DNA of 64,000 nt, taken from Zootoca vivipara (Eukaryota). The stretch's first letter is position 1, and each line of letters starts with the position of its first letter. The notes under the pieces are model-generated. The model worked only from the letters and a program-made list of their open reading frames with translations. It searched no databases and was not told the DNA's origin. Of this stretch, positions 37,016-49,257 are shown in pieces. Location: contig NC_083287.1 in the NCBI RefSeq assembly GCF_963506605.1, forward strand, positions 9,424,001 to 9,488,000. Reading direction: 5' to 3'. A program made the translations under genes and the position numbers.

Positions 37016-39632
37016 GACCCTGTATGGCTGCATTCCTTCACATACTGTGAAGAAGCCATTTCAGGTTTCTCTCTCCTTATTTGCTTTAAAGGAGACATGC
37101 TGAAATAGCAGCAGACAAGGCTGTGTACAGATTTGAAAAGATGAATGGAAGCTTAGGCCGCAGAAAGGAAACGGCGCTTTAACCGCTCGCGCTCTGAAAC
37201 GGCACCTTTCGCACTGAAGATCAAACCTCTGAGAAATTCAGAACCAACCATACCAGCCATGACTGGATGCAGGAAGTGCAATGGACAATAATGTGAGGTG
37301 AGGTCCTGAGCTGAATGTTTGCTTCAACAATGCATTCACAAGGTGGCATAAGGCCAACCACGCTGCCTCGTGTCCATCCCTTCTCAAACTGCCCTGCTGC
37401 CCTGGGCTCCTTTGGAGGAAGGTGTGGAATATAAATTTTAACTCAACAAACAAACAAACAAATGTGAGGATGATAATTCTAGCCTACATCAGAGCATTCT
37501 TGTAAGGACAACTGAGATAGTGAATGCCAAGGGCTTTGAGCACTCTGAAGCACAGCATAAATGTCATTAGCTTTGAGCTACTTACTCTGGGCTGAGCCGT
37601 TGCTCCTAGATCAATTCTCCCTCAATTCCAAAATAATGAACTACCATCATAGCCGTATTTGAGATAGCGCCCTTGTGCTTTGAGCACTCTACAACACTCA
37701 GTATTCTCTGGGAAAGTAAAGATAGGAAATGTCACCTTTATTGTAGCATCAGCCATAACAGATTACAATGATTCTCTCGTACCGTTCTGGGCAAATACAA
37801 ATTTTACACTGTCTGTTTTTAATTAGGGATTGCACTCTCCTTTATACTTACTTGATCTTGTCAGTTTCAAAGCTGTCCTTTAATGCTTGGCTGGCAGTTT
37901 TTAATTGCTCACCAAATGCTTATTATAAAGCTTTCATAAAAACCGCGCATTGTTCACAGTGGATAGCTATTGCAAAAGAAAAAAAAAACCCAACCTGTTG
38001 CTATTGCAACTGGTGACTGAAATTATTGTACATAATATGATGGTCATTTCAACCTAGACTGCCAGTATCAACTCTCCCATTTTACCTTATAGACTCTCTA
38101 GGAGTTGGAAGCTTTGCAGAAGTTTAACACAGACAGTCCTTTCCATGACTGCATAACTGCTCCACCTGTTGCCTTTCTACCTACTGTAGAATCCTGGATC
38201 CTAAGACAAAGTAACTTAAGGAAACTCAAGGAAAACAAGATCCCCCTCTCCCCCCTCCCCACAGCAACCAGCTGTGCCCCGCCTCTCCAAGACCATATGG
38301 AGTGTGGCAATGGGGGCTTATGTGAACTTCTTTAACTTAACTTGGAATCCAACCCTGATTTTGAGCAATTCTACCCTCACAAAGAAAACCCTGATGCCCA
38401 AATTAAATTGTTTAAGGGGGTGTAAGTGGCTGTAGGGAGGAGGAAAGGAAAAGAAAGGAAACTTCCCCGAATTTCCTTAAATTAACTTATATTCAGTTTT
38501 GAGCCACAGTCTGTAAAGAGGTTGGGCCAGCAATTCATTTTAGAGGTTCTGAAAGGTCACCAGCACTGAAACGCTTTTACTCCCCCCCCCAAAAAAATCC
38601 CTGACATGTTTAATTTGATCTGGAACCTCCGAATGCATCTTCCCTTAAACTCAGGTGAAAGTTGGGAGCAGCAGAACTCAACCGAGGAATTTCTCATTCC
38701 CTATCAGAGCTTCTTCGTTTTTCTTTGAAATCCCTTGCTTATCAGGACTTGAGCAGGAATCTGCGTATTTGCATTGCATGTTGCTTTAAGTGGAGATGCA
38801 AATCTGTTTTAGGTGAGGATGTAAATCCATCAAATTCTGCCAAAAGCGGAAGGGAAGGCCAATGCAAATGGTTCAACTCAGCTGAAACACATGGAAATGA
38901 AGCTAAAAGAATTTCCATCGGTGCTGCTCTGAATATTCTCTGCTGATGGTGAATATTCTCTTGCGGAAGGTAAGTTCTGGGTAGAATTCCTCATCCTCAT
39001 TTTTATTTCCATTAAAAAAAACCACCACCACCATATTGTAACAATATGTAGCCAAACTCATTATACGTCAAAAATACTTGCTTCCAATGCAGAAAAAGAA
39101 AACAAATGAAGAAAGATAGAATGGAATATGAACTGGGAGAGGATAACAAAACTCTACAGGCACCTCCCCAAACATGTGTGATCAGCATGCACATGACTGC
39201 CGACACATGTGTGATTTTTGGCACTGAGAGAGAACAGAGTGGGGGTGGCAAGGGTGGGGTGGGGGCGGAATGGGCCAGAATGGACTTGTGCATTTGATTG
39301 ATGCATGCAGCTGCTGGGAACAGAACCCCCGCGTAAGTAGAAATTCCCCTGTATAGCACCATGAATAAACTAAAAGGAAAAATATCATCATTTTTAATGT
39401 TATTCCTAAAATGTAAAAAAAGCCCCAGTCATCCTCCTTTAAAAAAAAAAAGTATGTCCCCCCCCCATTTCTGTCTGTTTGTTCAAGGAGGCAGGAGAGG
39501 ATATATTGTTTCATAATATCTTTCCAAACTTGTGCTAGCAAGTTATAACATTGCCCTTTTAAATACACAGTGGTTAGCTTGTTGCAAGCTCATTTAAGCT
39601 TCTCAAGATAGGATTCCTGGTAATCCCCTTTA

Positions 39633-39931
39633 GGTAAAGGTACCCCTGACCGTTAGGTCCAGTTGCGGGAGACTCTGGGGTTGCGGCGTTCATCTCGCTC
39701 TATAGGCCGAGGGAGCCGGCGTTTGTCTGCAGACAGCTTCTGGGTCATGTGGCCAGCATGACTAAGCCGCTTCTGGTGAACCAGAGCAGCGCACGGAAAT
39801 GCCGTTTATCTTCCTGCCAGAGCGGTACCTATTTATCTACTTGCACTTTAATGTGGCACTTCGAACTGCCAACCTTCTGATTGGCAAGCCCTAGGTTTTG
39901 TGGTTTAGACCACAGCACCACTCACATCCCA
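39633..39931 (-). mobile_element. Sauria SINE, internally deleted
   Basis: tRNA-like head GGGATGTGAGTGGTGCTGTGGTCTAAACC on the minus strand, ACCTTT tail, 12-bp TSD TAATCCCCTTTA (39621-39632, 39932-39943). Confidence 0.93.
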
Positions 39932-41295
39932 TAATCCCCTTTACTCCCCCTTAAAAAGTATAGACACAACACAATCTTGTGTAAAAGGTATAAAAGAAGT
40001 ATACTCACACATTCAGTTCACAGATGGATCCCTGAAGGCAGACTTAGTTACAGAAGTATATACATATGGAATCTATCCCATAAGGAGATAGTCCCTCTAG
40101 CTGAAGAGCCGTTGCTTCTGTGAGGAATGGAGTCAAAGAGAGAGGAGGAGGGCGTTGTGCCTGGTCCTTTTGTCACCTGGACAGGTAAGGTCACACCCAC
40201 CTCTAGTTACATGCAGAAGAAGTTTGTCCGAGCCCAGGAGGAGGAAACAGGAAGTTTTCTACTGGCTGGAGCAAACATCCCTTCTCATGTACACTCTAGA
40301 AATGTTGTATTTGACTGCTATCTGTGTTTCACATCTCACACTGTTTGGTGTCTGTTGGAACTGCTTTGCTCAATAGGAAGCTGATTTTTTCCCCTTCTTG
40401 AATTAGTTACATGGATGATCCCAACCAAGCATGGATCATGCTGTGAACGTATGACAGCAGAGCACTATGTATCAAATCAAATCTATGTGCCAATGCCACC
40501 GTGTGTAAGTAAAAGAACCCTAAGTGAGGAGCTTGGCAAGAAAAGCCGAAATGCCATAGGGAAGGAGTGACATGAAAAAAAATGGTGCAAATCCCAGCCT
40601 AATTGGAATGACTTAGCATTTTTTTTCAGGTGTGGAAGCTGAGGCTACACTTCTAGACCCACTTTTGACAATAAAGGAAACAGAGGGAAAGCAGGTCTCC
40701 GTGCTAGGTGAATTTATCAGCTATTACTTTCCACAAATATTGCCTGGACTTTCTCTTTTGCCACAGGAAGGACTACCAACAGCTGCTGCCACGGCAGAAC
40801 AGGAGGTGGGGGGCGGGAGCCTTCACAGTTATTTGATTTGGCAAGAGCCGAATTTTGCATGTTGATTTGAAGCAGCAGCCCTGTTCCTTAGCTGTAAGCT
40901 TCTAGTATACAGTAAATTACTCATACTGTTTCTGCTGCACTCCTCGTTTTGCGGGCTTTTAATAATGCATTTGAATTTCCTGACCCTTCATGCAAATAAA
41001 GAAAAACTCTTAAAGGAAAGGGAACCCAGTGTATAGACTGGGAACACTAATAAACACAGTTGACTGTCTCTAGGGGGAGAAAGAGCTGTTGAGAAAACTA
41101 GGCAAGCTTTAAATTGTCTTATGAAAACTAATTATTGGTACATGACAGTTTAAATCTGGGAGGCGTAATCAAATAACTACACAATGAACTGTGTATTTTA
41201 TAATATGCTAACATGATTATTCTCTCTGCATAGTACATATGTATATATGTAGATAAGGTGAACTAGCACTCACACACACAAAAAATGTTCCAGTA

Positions 41296-41543
41296 CAGAG
41301 GTCACCAAACCTTTTCAGCAGGGGGTCGGTCCACCGTCCCTCAGACCTTGTGGGGGGCCGGACTATTTTTTTGGGGGGGATGAACGAATTCCTATGCCCC
41401 ACAAATAACCCAAAGATGCATTTTAAATAAAAGGACACTTTCTACTCATGTAAAAACACGCTGATTCCCAGACCGTCCATGGGCCGGATTTAGAAGGCGA
41501 CTGGGCCAGATCTGGCCCCCGGGCCTTAGTTTGCCTACCCATG
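41296..41543 (+). mobile_element. hAT Charlie-type MITE resembling OC1/hAT1 non-autonomous elements
   Basis: CAGAGGTCACCAAACCTTTTCAGCAGGGGGTCGGTCCACCGTCCCTCAGACC...GGGCCGGACTAT...GAATTCCTATGC; TSD TTCCAGTA/CTCCAGTA. Confidence 0.8.
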
Positions 41544-42225
41544 CTCCAGTACAACGAATTACTTCATCTAAAGTGTGGGCATCTAACTCCCTTTTCCAGT
41601 CTGGTAAAGGTCATCATGTTCCTCATCAAAGCATGCAAATGGGTGCAGATTCAAGTGGAATGGAGGCAATGAGCAAGACTATTTCATACGTTTATGACTG
41701 GAAGTCCAGTTGTCCAAGCAGAATTCCGTTGTGAGAGGGCAAACATTATTGGATATTGCCCAGTAAGTCTAATTTCAAAACAAGCAAGCAAGCAAACTAA
41801 CATGCTAACACAAGCACACATATTTCCAAACATGAGGGCTACAAAGATGATCAAAAACATTTTTTTTGGGGGGGGAGAGAATAACAAATTTGGGTGGGGA
41901 AGCCAAAGGCCACTAAAAGATATGTTTGAGTGGCTCCTTTGGGTTGTGATGGTGGCCTTGATCAGATTGACTTGAGGGAGTTAAGGGAATGCAAGTTATC
42001 TGGCAGTGGAGGCTGGAATGCCGCTCACAATTGATAGTTGGTATTTTGTGATTGGTGAGTATTTTGTGAATGGCTTTGCTTATTGTATTGTTCTGGTGGT
42101 TTTCTTGTACTTTTCCTGTACCTTTCTTTTGTCACTTACTGCTTTGGGGGCCATTAGGCTGAAAGTATATTCATGAAAATAGCATCCAAAATTGTGTCAA
42201 GATGAATTGCTTGCAAAAATGCATA

Positions 42226-42509
42226 CAGTGGTGCCTCGCTAGACGAACGCCCTGTAAGACTAATTTTTCGCTTCACGAAAGGATTTTCCGAGTGGAGGTT
42301 GCCTTGCTAGACGAATTCATTTTACGAAAAATTCGTCTAGTGAATCGCGGTTTCCCATAGGAATGCATTGAAATTCAATTAATGCGTTCCTATGGGCAAA
42401 AAAATAAAATAAAAAATTCAATGCATTCCTATGGGATTCGCTAGACGAATTTTTTGTTATAAGAATTGACCCGTGGAACAAATTAAATTCGTCTAGTGAG
42501 GCACCACTG
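42226..42509. mobile_element. Tc1/mariner (Tigger-like) MITE
   Basis: TIRs CAGTGGTGCCTCGCTAGACGAA / TTCGTCTAGTGAGGCACCACTG; TA TSD; internal palindrome CCCATAGGAATGCATT...AATGCATTCCTATGGG. Confidence 0.92.
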
Positions 42510-42971
42510 TACATTAGTCAAAACTGCATACAAACATGTATTTAAGACAATTTTAAACTAAAATGCTGAAAAATTTTCATGTATTATTATTCATTTCACT
42601 TCTACATTGCTGTATATTTTTAAGGGGGGGGGGGAAACTCAGCAGTTTGCAACCTGCATTAAAACATCAAATAAAACAATCCAGACAAAAACATTACAGA
42701 AGAAAGTAAACTATAAATTTCAAAGCGACATAAGAGGAAACTAAATTATCTTACCCATTTCAAAACAAAACATTACAAAGGAGGTATAAACATTACAAAT
42801 TGTGTATAAACATAGACTTGGCATGGACAAATTTAACGATATTTGGAATTTATAAAAACTGTATTAGGTTAAATATTGCTTAAAAACAATAACAATCTTG
42901 TAATGTTTATAGGTTCTTTATTTGTATTGAATAAGGGTAATTTTAACTTTTTTCTTCCCTCCCCTTTTTCA

Positions 42972-43115
42972 NNNNNNNNNNNNNNNNNNNNNNNNNNNNN
43001 NNNNNNNNNNNNNNNNNNNNNNNNNNNNNNNNNNNNNNNNNNNNNNNNNNNNNNNNNNNNNNNNNNNNNNNNNNNNNNNNNNNNNNNNNNNNNNNNNNNN
43101 NNNNNNNNNNNNNNN
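42972..43115. other. Assembly gap (144 N)
   Basis: Run of n. Confidence 1.
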
Positions 43116-43155
43116 AATATTGTTCCCCTCAAAAAAAATAATGGGGGACCAAAAC

Positions 43156-43279
43156 TAAGGTTACCAGACGTCCCCGCTTCCCGGGGACAGTCCCCAGATT
43201 TACAAATCAGTCCCCATACAAAATCCACTGAAATTGAAAAGTATCCCTGGACTCATTGAAAAAAAATCTGGTAATCTTA
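43156..43279. mobile_element. 124-bp minimal hAT (Blackjack-like) MITE with the same ends as 35462-36210
   Basis: TIRs TAAGGTTACCAGA / TCTGGTAATCTTA; TSD ACCAAAAC/GCCAAAAC. Confidence 0.87.
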
Positions 43280-43338
43280 GCCAAAACTTCCTTGGCCCCC
43301 AGAAGAGTCAGTGTCTATGGAAGTGACTGTTGCCTTGG

Positions 43339-43688
43339 CATAGCTGCCAACTTTCGGATTTGAAAATAAGGGATCAGGAGCCTCACCTGTCCCGGGGACA
43401 GTCTATGGCAGGTATCCCCAAACCTCGGCCCTCCAGATGTTTTGGACTACAATTCCCATCATCCCTGACCACTGGTCCTTTTAGCTAGGGATCATGGGAG
43501 TTGTAGGCCAAAACATCTGGAGGGCCATAGTTTGAGGATGCCTGGTCTATGGTATATCTAACAATCCAGGATAGCAGTGGGAAATGGCGCTGGAATAAGG
43601 GAATTTCCAGCAAAAAAAGGAAAAGTTGACAGCTGTGGCTTGGAATAAGGGTTGTTTCCCGCAAAAAAGGGGAGGGTTGACAGCTATG
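43339..43688 (+). mobile_element. hAT MITE, family B, carrying a nested family A MITE
   Basis: CATAGCTGCCAAC...GTTGACAGCTATG; perfect TSD TGCCTTGG. Confidence 0.93.
43409..43544 (+). mobile_element. Family A MITE nested in a family B copy
   Basis: Perfect TSD GTCTATGG; forward orientation. Confidence 0.93.
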
Positions 43689-43991
43689 TGCCTTGGCAAT
43701 GCTGAGCAAACCAACACTAGGATTTTCCTGCGGCCACTAGGAGTGTTGCATGGAGTTAAGCCCCTCCACATTTGAATTCATCATGGCAAGCTGCTAAGGG
43801 GTAGCAAGAGAAGATAATTTTCATATCCCCAATGGCGTATTCTGATGCTGATGAAGGCATAAACACATTTTTCAGCATTCTTGATTAAGACCCCAGGAAC
43901 ATAGTTCTCTTCAAATTAGATCTTTCCTTTCCACCTGTTCACCCCGCCCCGACCCACTCCACTAGTTTCCATCCTTAATGGGGATTAAAAA

Positions 43992-44081
43992 CATAGCTGT
44001 CAAGTTCTCCCTTTTTTAAAGGGAAGTTCCCATTTGCTGAATAGGCTTCCTCACCAGAAAAGGGAAAACTTGACAGCTATG
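43992..44081. mobile_element. 90-bp hAT MITE with family B-type TIRs
   Basis: CATAGCTGTCAAGTT / AACTTGACAGCTATG; perfect TSD ATTAAAAA. Confidence 0.9.
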
Positions 44082-45076
44082 ATTAAAAAGAAAAGAAAAG
44101 AAAGTCGACAAATTGGTGCAAAGAGTAGAAAACTGAATTTAAGACTGGAAAATGGAGAAACTCGGAGTTCCAAACCTGGCAGATCCTTCTGTTCCCAGTT
44201 CCAGTTCAGTGTAGATCAGACAGCTACTTACGAAACTTAAAGACATTAGGAGCTATTTATTTGTAGTCTCGCTATTCTGCATTAATTCTTCACAAACACC
44301 CTTTAGACCTCCTCCTCACAACATATTGGTTTTGTATCTAATAAAAGGGCAACTTGGTGCTTAGTGAAGCAAACAGTGAATTACATAGTTAGTCTCTGCT
44401 CCCAAAATTAATAACATTTTTTTAAAAAAACCACACCAAACTATAATTAGGCTAATTGTGAAACGCTGGAAGTATGACATCTGTCTTCAATCATTGACTC
44501 ATACTATGCATAGAAATGAATTAACTAGTAATGATATCAGGACTTCTACCCAGTAATATATTTTCCTATTATTTTAGATGTCCACCATTAGGTTTTATGA
44601 CTCATAAAAGTCTCTTTGAAACAGCCTATGCATATTATTTCTTTCAAGTGAAAAGCCGCCTTTGTCCAGGTGTTTAAAATGAACCACTTGAATGATTCTT
44701 TGCTGATTCTTTTTTCTTCCCACACCTTTTGTCAATTAATTAAAAACATCATCTGTTTTTTGATATATCGGATGGTTCTGCTAGGCAAAGTTCATACCTA
44801 TGGATTATTCCCATTGAGGAAACTAGTGATTTTTTATTATTACTTTCTGTTCCGGGCTGTTTGCTGTATACATGTCTTGACCAATCAATGAACAACACCA
44901 ATATAGGCAAAACATGGGGAGGAAAATATAATATGTTAATGGACATGGTCAGCAGGGCAATGAGAAGTTGGGATTTAGTGTTTTAATGATGAAACCCATG
45001 CCTTTCAATACAAGGGGGCAGTGCAGGCAGACTACTGCCTTTACCTCATCTTCTAACCATAGCTAGGAAATCAGTA

Positions 45077-45311
45077 CCGTGTTTCTCATATTATAAGACA
45101 TGTCTTATATTTATTTTTTCCTCAAAAACACACACTATGGCTTATTTTCAAGGGATGTCTTATTTTTTTCCTCCTCCTCCTGCCGTGGCCAGCATTGCTG
45201 CTGTGCCTATCACTATGTCTTATTTTCGGGGTATGGCTTATATTCCTTGAATGCTTAAAAATCCTGCTATGGCTTATTTTATGGGTATGTCTTAAAATAT
45301 GAGAAACAGGG
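45077..45311. mobile_element. Tc1/mariner (Tc2/pogo-like) MITE
   Basis: TA|CCGTGTTTCTCATATT...AATATGAGAAACAGGG|TA; repeated (T/G)CTTATTTT subterminal motifs. Confidence 0.88.
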
Positions 45312-45456
45312 TAGCATGCTGTAGTCTCTCACTCTCACACAACACCCCCCCTTTAAATAGATTGCTTCATCCATTGTGTAGTGACTGCTTCCTCCGTCTC
45401 AGTTGGTTTTGACTAGCATAGCCTCTGCAGTTCAAGAGAATTTGGTTAGCATAAAC

Positions 45457-45592
45457 CAGGCATGCCCAAACTTTGGCCCTCCAGATGTTTTGGACTACAA
45501 TTCCAATCATCCCTGACCACTGGTCCTGTTAGCTAGGGATCATGGGAGTTGTAGGCCAAAACATCTGGAGGGCTGCAGTTTGGGGACGCCTG
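45457..45592 (+). mobile_element. hAT Charlie-type MITE, family A
   Basis: Perfect TSD GCATAAAC. Confidence 0.93.
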
Positions 45593-45809
45593 GCATAAAC
45601 CATGGTTAGTGATGGTGCTACACTGCAGAGATACAGCAAACCATAGAAGGGGAAGTTACTGAGTGTTTTCTTTTTCTTTTTTTCCATATCTAAATGCTCC
45701 TGCAATGTTCATGATCATACTGCTAGAACTGAGAGCTTTCAGTTCTGACTGCCCTGCAAGTCCCTTAAAAAATGGGGACGATGACAAATTTGCATAACAA
45801 TTGCATATG

Positions 45810-46139
45810 CTTGAGAGTCTCATGGACTGCAAGAAGATCAAACCTATCCATTCTTAAGGAAATCAGCCCTGAGTGCTCACTGGAAGATTGTGAAGCTGAG
45901 GCTCCAATACTTTGGCCACCTCATGAGAAGAGAAGAATCCTTGGAAAAGACCCTGATGTTGGGAAAGATTGAGGGCACTAGGATAAGGGGACAACAGAGG
46001 ACGAGATGGTTGGACAGTGTTCTCGAAGCTACGAACATGAGTTTGCGGGTGGCAGTGGAAGACAGGAATGCCTGGCGTGCTCTGGTCCATGGGGTCACGA
46101 AGAATCGGACACAACTAAACGACTAAACAACAACAACAA
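45810..46139 (+). mobile_element. 5'-truncated BovB LINE with small internal deletions
   Basis: LRV.WTARRSNLSILKEISPECSLE / KLRLQYFGHLMRR...; (CAA)n tail. Confidence 0.95.
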
Positions 46140-46639
46140 TGTATATGTACAGGTGTACATTTAGTATGGATTTTCGCCAAGATTTGCTACCTCTGCCCTT
46201 TTCCCCTTATTTAATCATGATATGTACTCAAGTGTTAATTAATACTCTGCATCTGTCTGCCTTACTAAACAGCTGAACAGTATCATAACTGAGAGCTGCT
46301 TTTTGCTTTCTTTTAAAAAACATCATTCGCCACTATACATTTGCAGTGAATTCAAAAGCCAGATGTCTGGTAATATGATAACCTTGCCATTCCAATTAAT
46401 GCAGGCGCTCTTTAATATAAGGTACATAGTACCAATGAATAATGCAGGGAGTCTGCATCCAAATAAATAATGTAGAGAACAGAATGAACAAAAATATTGC
46501 AGCCCACAACAGCCTTTCCATATCATGTTTTACAGCTCACATCCATTTAAACATTTCTGAGAACTGAATAGCCATTACTTTGTGACCATCTATTGGCCAA
46601 AACGGTTCTGGCTTCATGCATGGTTTATTAGGACCAGAC

Positions 46640-47875
46640 CTCTATCATAATGCCTCTATTAAAAAGTCTGGTGTGAACGTTTTTAGAATATTGTGTTCAA
46701 TTTGGCTCAGCTCATTTTAAAAAGGACATAGCAGATGTGAAACAGGACAGAAAAGGGCTAGTTACAGTGCAATCCTATATATATATCTACTCCAATGAAG
46801 TAAGCCCCATTGATGAGACTGACTCTAATGAAAATATATATTTAGGATTGCAGCCTAAGGCAGGGAGGGTTAATCCATAGCCCCCCAGATGTTTTTGAAT
46901 TCAACTCCTGCCAATCCCAGCCAGCAGGGCCATTGTTCAGAGATGATGGGAGTTGTAGTCCTACAGATCTGGAGAGTGGAAAATGCGCTTCAAATGTGCT
47001 TTAAAGGTATAGGGTGTACACAGAGTGTATTTTTTATACATATTTTTTATTTGTTTTATCGTGTTTGGTTTTAATGCCTTGCATCATTATCCTATTGCTA
47101 AATGCTGAGCAGGTTTTAAATATGAATTAAAAAACAACACCAAAGCAGAAATACATGGAACATTGTGACATTACAACTAGGGTTGGGTGATATCTGGTTT
47201 TCCATACCATGACATATCACCAGCTAATTATCTATATATCACGATGTCTGAAACAAGGATGGAACTATGCAGAGGCAAACAGTAGGGCCAGGTGGTCCCT
47301 GGGACTCAGCTACACAGCTGCAATTATAACATTATTAAGTGTATTATAAAAATGTGACACCAGATGGTGATGTAGAGCTTAATGACAAATTGCATATATT
47401 TTATAGTGTTTTTTTCCCATAGCATTTGCATAGCGTTTTTTTATATCTGTGTAGATCCAGCCCAGGTTTTCAACATAGTGATATATCACCAGCTTAGCAT
47501 TGTGATATACCAATATATTGTGATGTCTGAAATAAGGATGGAGCTATGTGGAGGCATTGGCGTGCTTCACGATTTTCCCCACAATGTGATTTTTGCGTAG
47601 CATGAGCACGTACACAAACACACACACACACTATGATTTGTGATATATTGTCTGGTAAAAAATGATGAAACTGATATCACGATATGAACTTCAAACCGGT
47701 TTTGGATATATGTATTGATACGTATATCACCCAGCCCTAATCACAAAACAGGTAATTTCATAAATGTTGGGAAGAAAGAGATAAATGTGCAGCTGCTGTT
47801 TTATGTAATGAGCCTAAAATGATCAAGGGATTGGAGCATCTTTCCATTCAGGAAAGGCTACAGAGTTTGAAGATG
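46640..47875 (+). mobile_element. Ancient CR1 remnant split by later insertions
   Basis: LEYCVQF..HFKKDI..KRA-like segment at ~46683-46760 and KMIKGLEHL..ERLQSL-like segment at ~47815-47870. Confidence 0.55.
47178..47739. mobile_element. hAT (Ac-type, TAGGG termini) non-autonomous element with an internal duplication
   Basis: TAGGGTTGGGTGATAT / ATATCACCCAGCCCTA; degenerate TSD ATTACAAC/ATCACAAA; ~47197-47277 duplicated at ~47465-47556. Confidence 0.8.
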
Positions 47876-48486
47876 TGGGAAAGCACATTTTGAAGCTGCT
47901 CTGAACATTGAACACTCTTTGGGCCATTGGCATTTATTCAAAGGGAAGTGCCACATTTCAAAAACCAAGCTGGAAAAGGAACTGATGGAGCCTTCAGCAA
48001 TCACAGTCACTCTGAAATGCACACCCACACCCCTACCCCTCAAACTTATTATTACTGCTGGGGGTTGCTGTGGATAATGCCAGCTACAAAGCAGAAGCAA
48101 CGTATTCCAGTTAAAGCGATGGTAACGGTGAAATTGCTTAATGTACACAAGGCTGAGGATTTCTCCCCTGCAAAGCAACATGAAGCAATGATTTTCAATA
48201 AATGATAATGCAGAGAAAACAGAGCAAAGAGTATCTTGTACACTGAAGAGGCCTCAAGTCGAAAAAGAATTAGCTATAATAGGAATCAATTTACAGATTA
48301 AGATGCAAGGTACATTGGAGCTGTGCAATCTGTTGTAAGGTGGGGGGCCTGTAATTTTTGGGAAGACTCTGGCAGCCCTCGGAGTGAAAACTTCTGGGAG
48401 CCTCCAATTACACAAACAGAAGAAATAAGGCTTTAGCTAAATATAGGCCTTTCAGCATGTCTTTAACAGCCTGTGTCATTTGCAAA

Positions 48487-48503
48487 GCTCCCAGATGGCG
48501 CAA
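48487..48503 (+). promoter_or_regulatory. CTCF-like motif
   Basis: GCTCCCAGATGGCGCAA matches the CCAGRKGGCGC core. Confidence 0.45.
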
Positions 48504-48898
48504 TAAGGTTCTAATTAGGAGTTCTGACTTGATGTGATGCGATACGAGCTACAAATTTACAGTGCGGCATTAAATTATGTAAAAGGCTACAAACTCTCTT
48601 CCACTTCCTTTTGTGGTTGCCTTAGCTGGTGGTGGAAGTCACAAATGGCAAGGTTCTGCTCCGAGTCTGATTGGTTAGCCTATTAGATGGTGGAAAGAGA
48701 GCTTAATGCTGGCCAATTGAGACTGGCAGACAATACTAGCCCACATGTGTGGAGAGGGAGGAGAGAGGGGCCGAGGGGCTGCACTTCTGACCCAGCCCTT
48801 GTCATCCATGCATTAGCTGCCTTAAGGTGGAGAAGCAAGCCCAGCACTAGCAGCTAGTCAGGTGGGGCATTGGCTGAGGGCCCCAGGGGCTTGGAAGG

Positions 48899-49257
48899 AG
48901 CCTCAGCCCAGTATACCTGAAAGAGCATCTCCACTCCCATCGTTCAGCCTGGACACTGGGATCCAGCTCTGAGGGCCTTTTGGTGGTTCCCTCACTGTGA
49001 GAAGTGAAGTTACAGGGAACCAGGGAGAAGGTCTTCCCGGCAGTGGTGCCCTCCCTGTGGAATGCCCTCCCATCAGGTGTCAACGAGATAAAGAACTACG
49101 CAACTTTTAGAAGACATCTGAAGGCAGCCCTGTATTGGGATTTTTTTAATGTTTGACGTTTTATGTTCTTATATGTGCTGGAAGAGTGGCTGGGGAAACC
49201 CAGCCAGTTGTGAGATGGACAGGGTATTATTATTATTATTATTTATTATTATTATTA
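48899..49257 (+). mobile_element. L2-clade LINE 3' end with (TAT)n tail
   Basis: PVYLKEHLH..SSSEGLLVVP...VVPSLWNALPS...FRRHLKAALY resembles the L2 ORF2 C-terminus. Confidence 0.85.

Noticed and set aside
42869-43259. ORFs containing X runs
   Set aside because: They span the N gap
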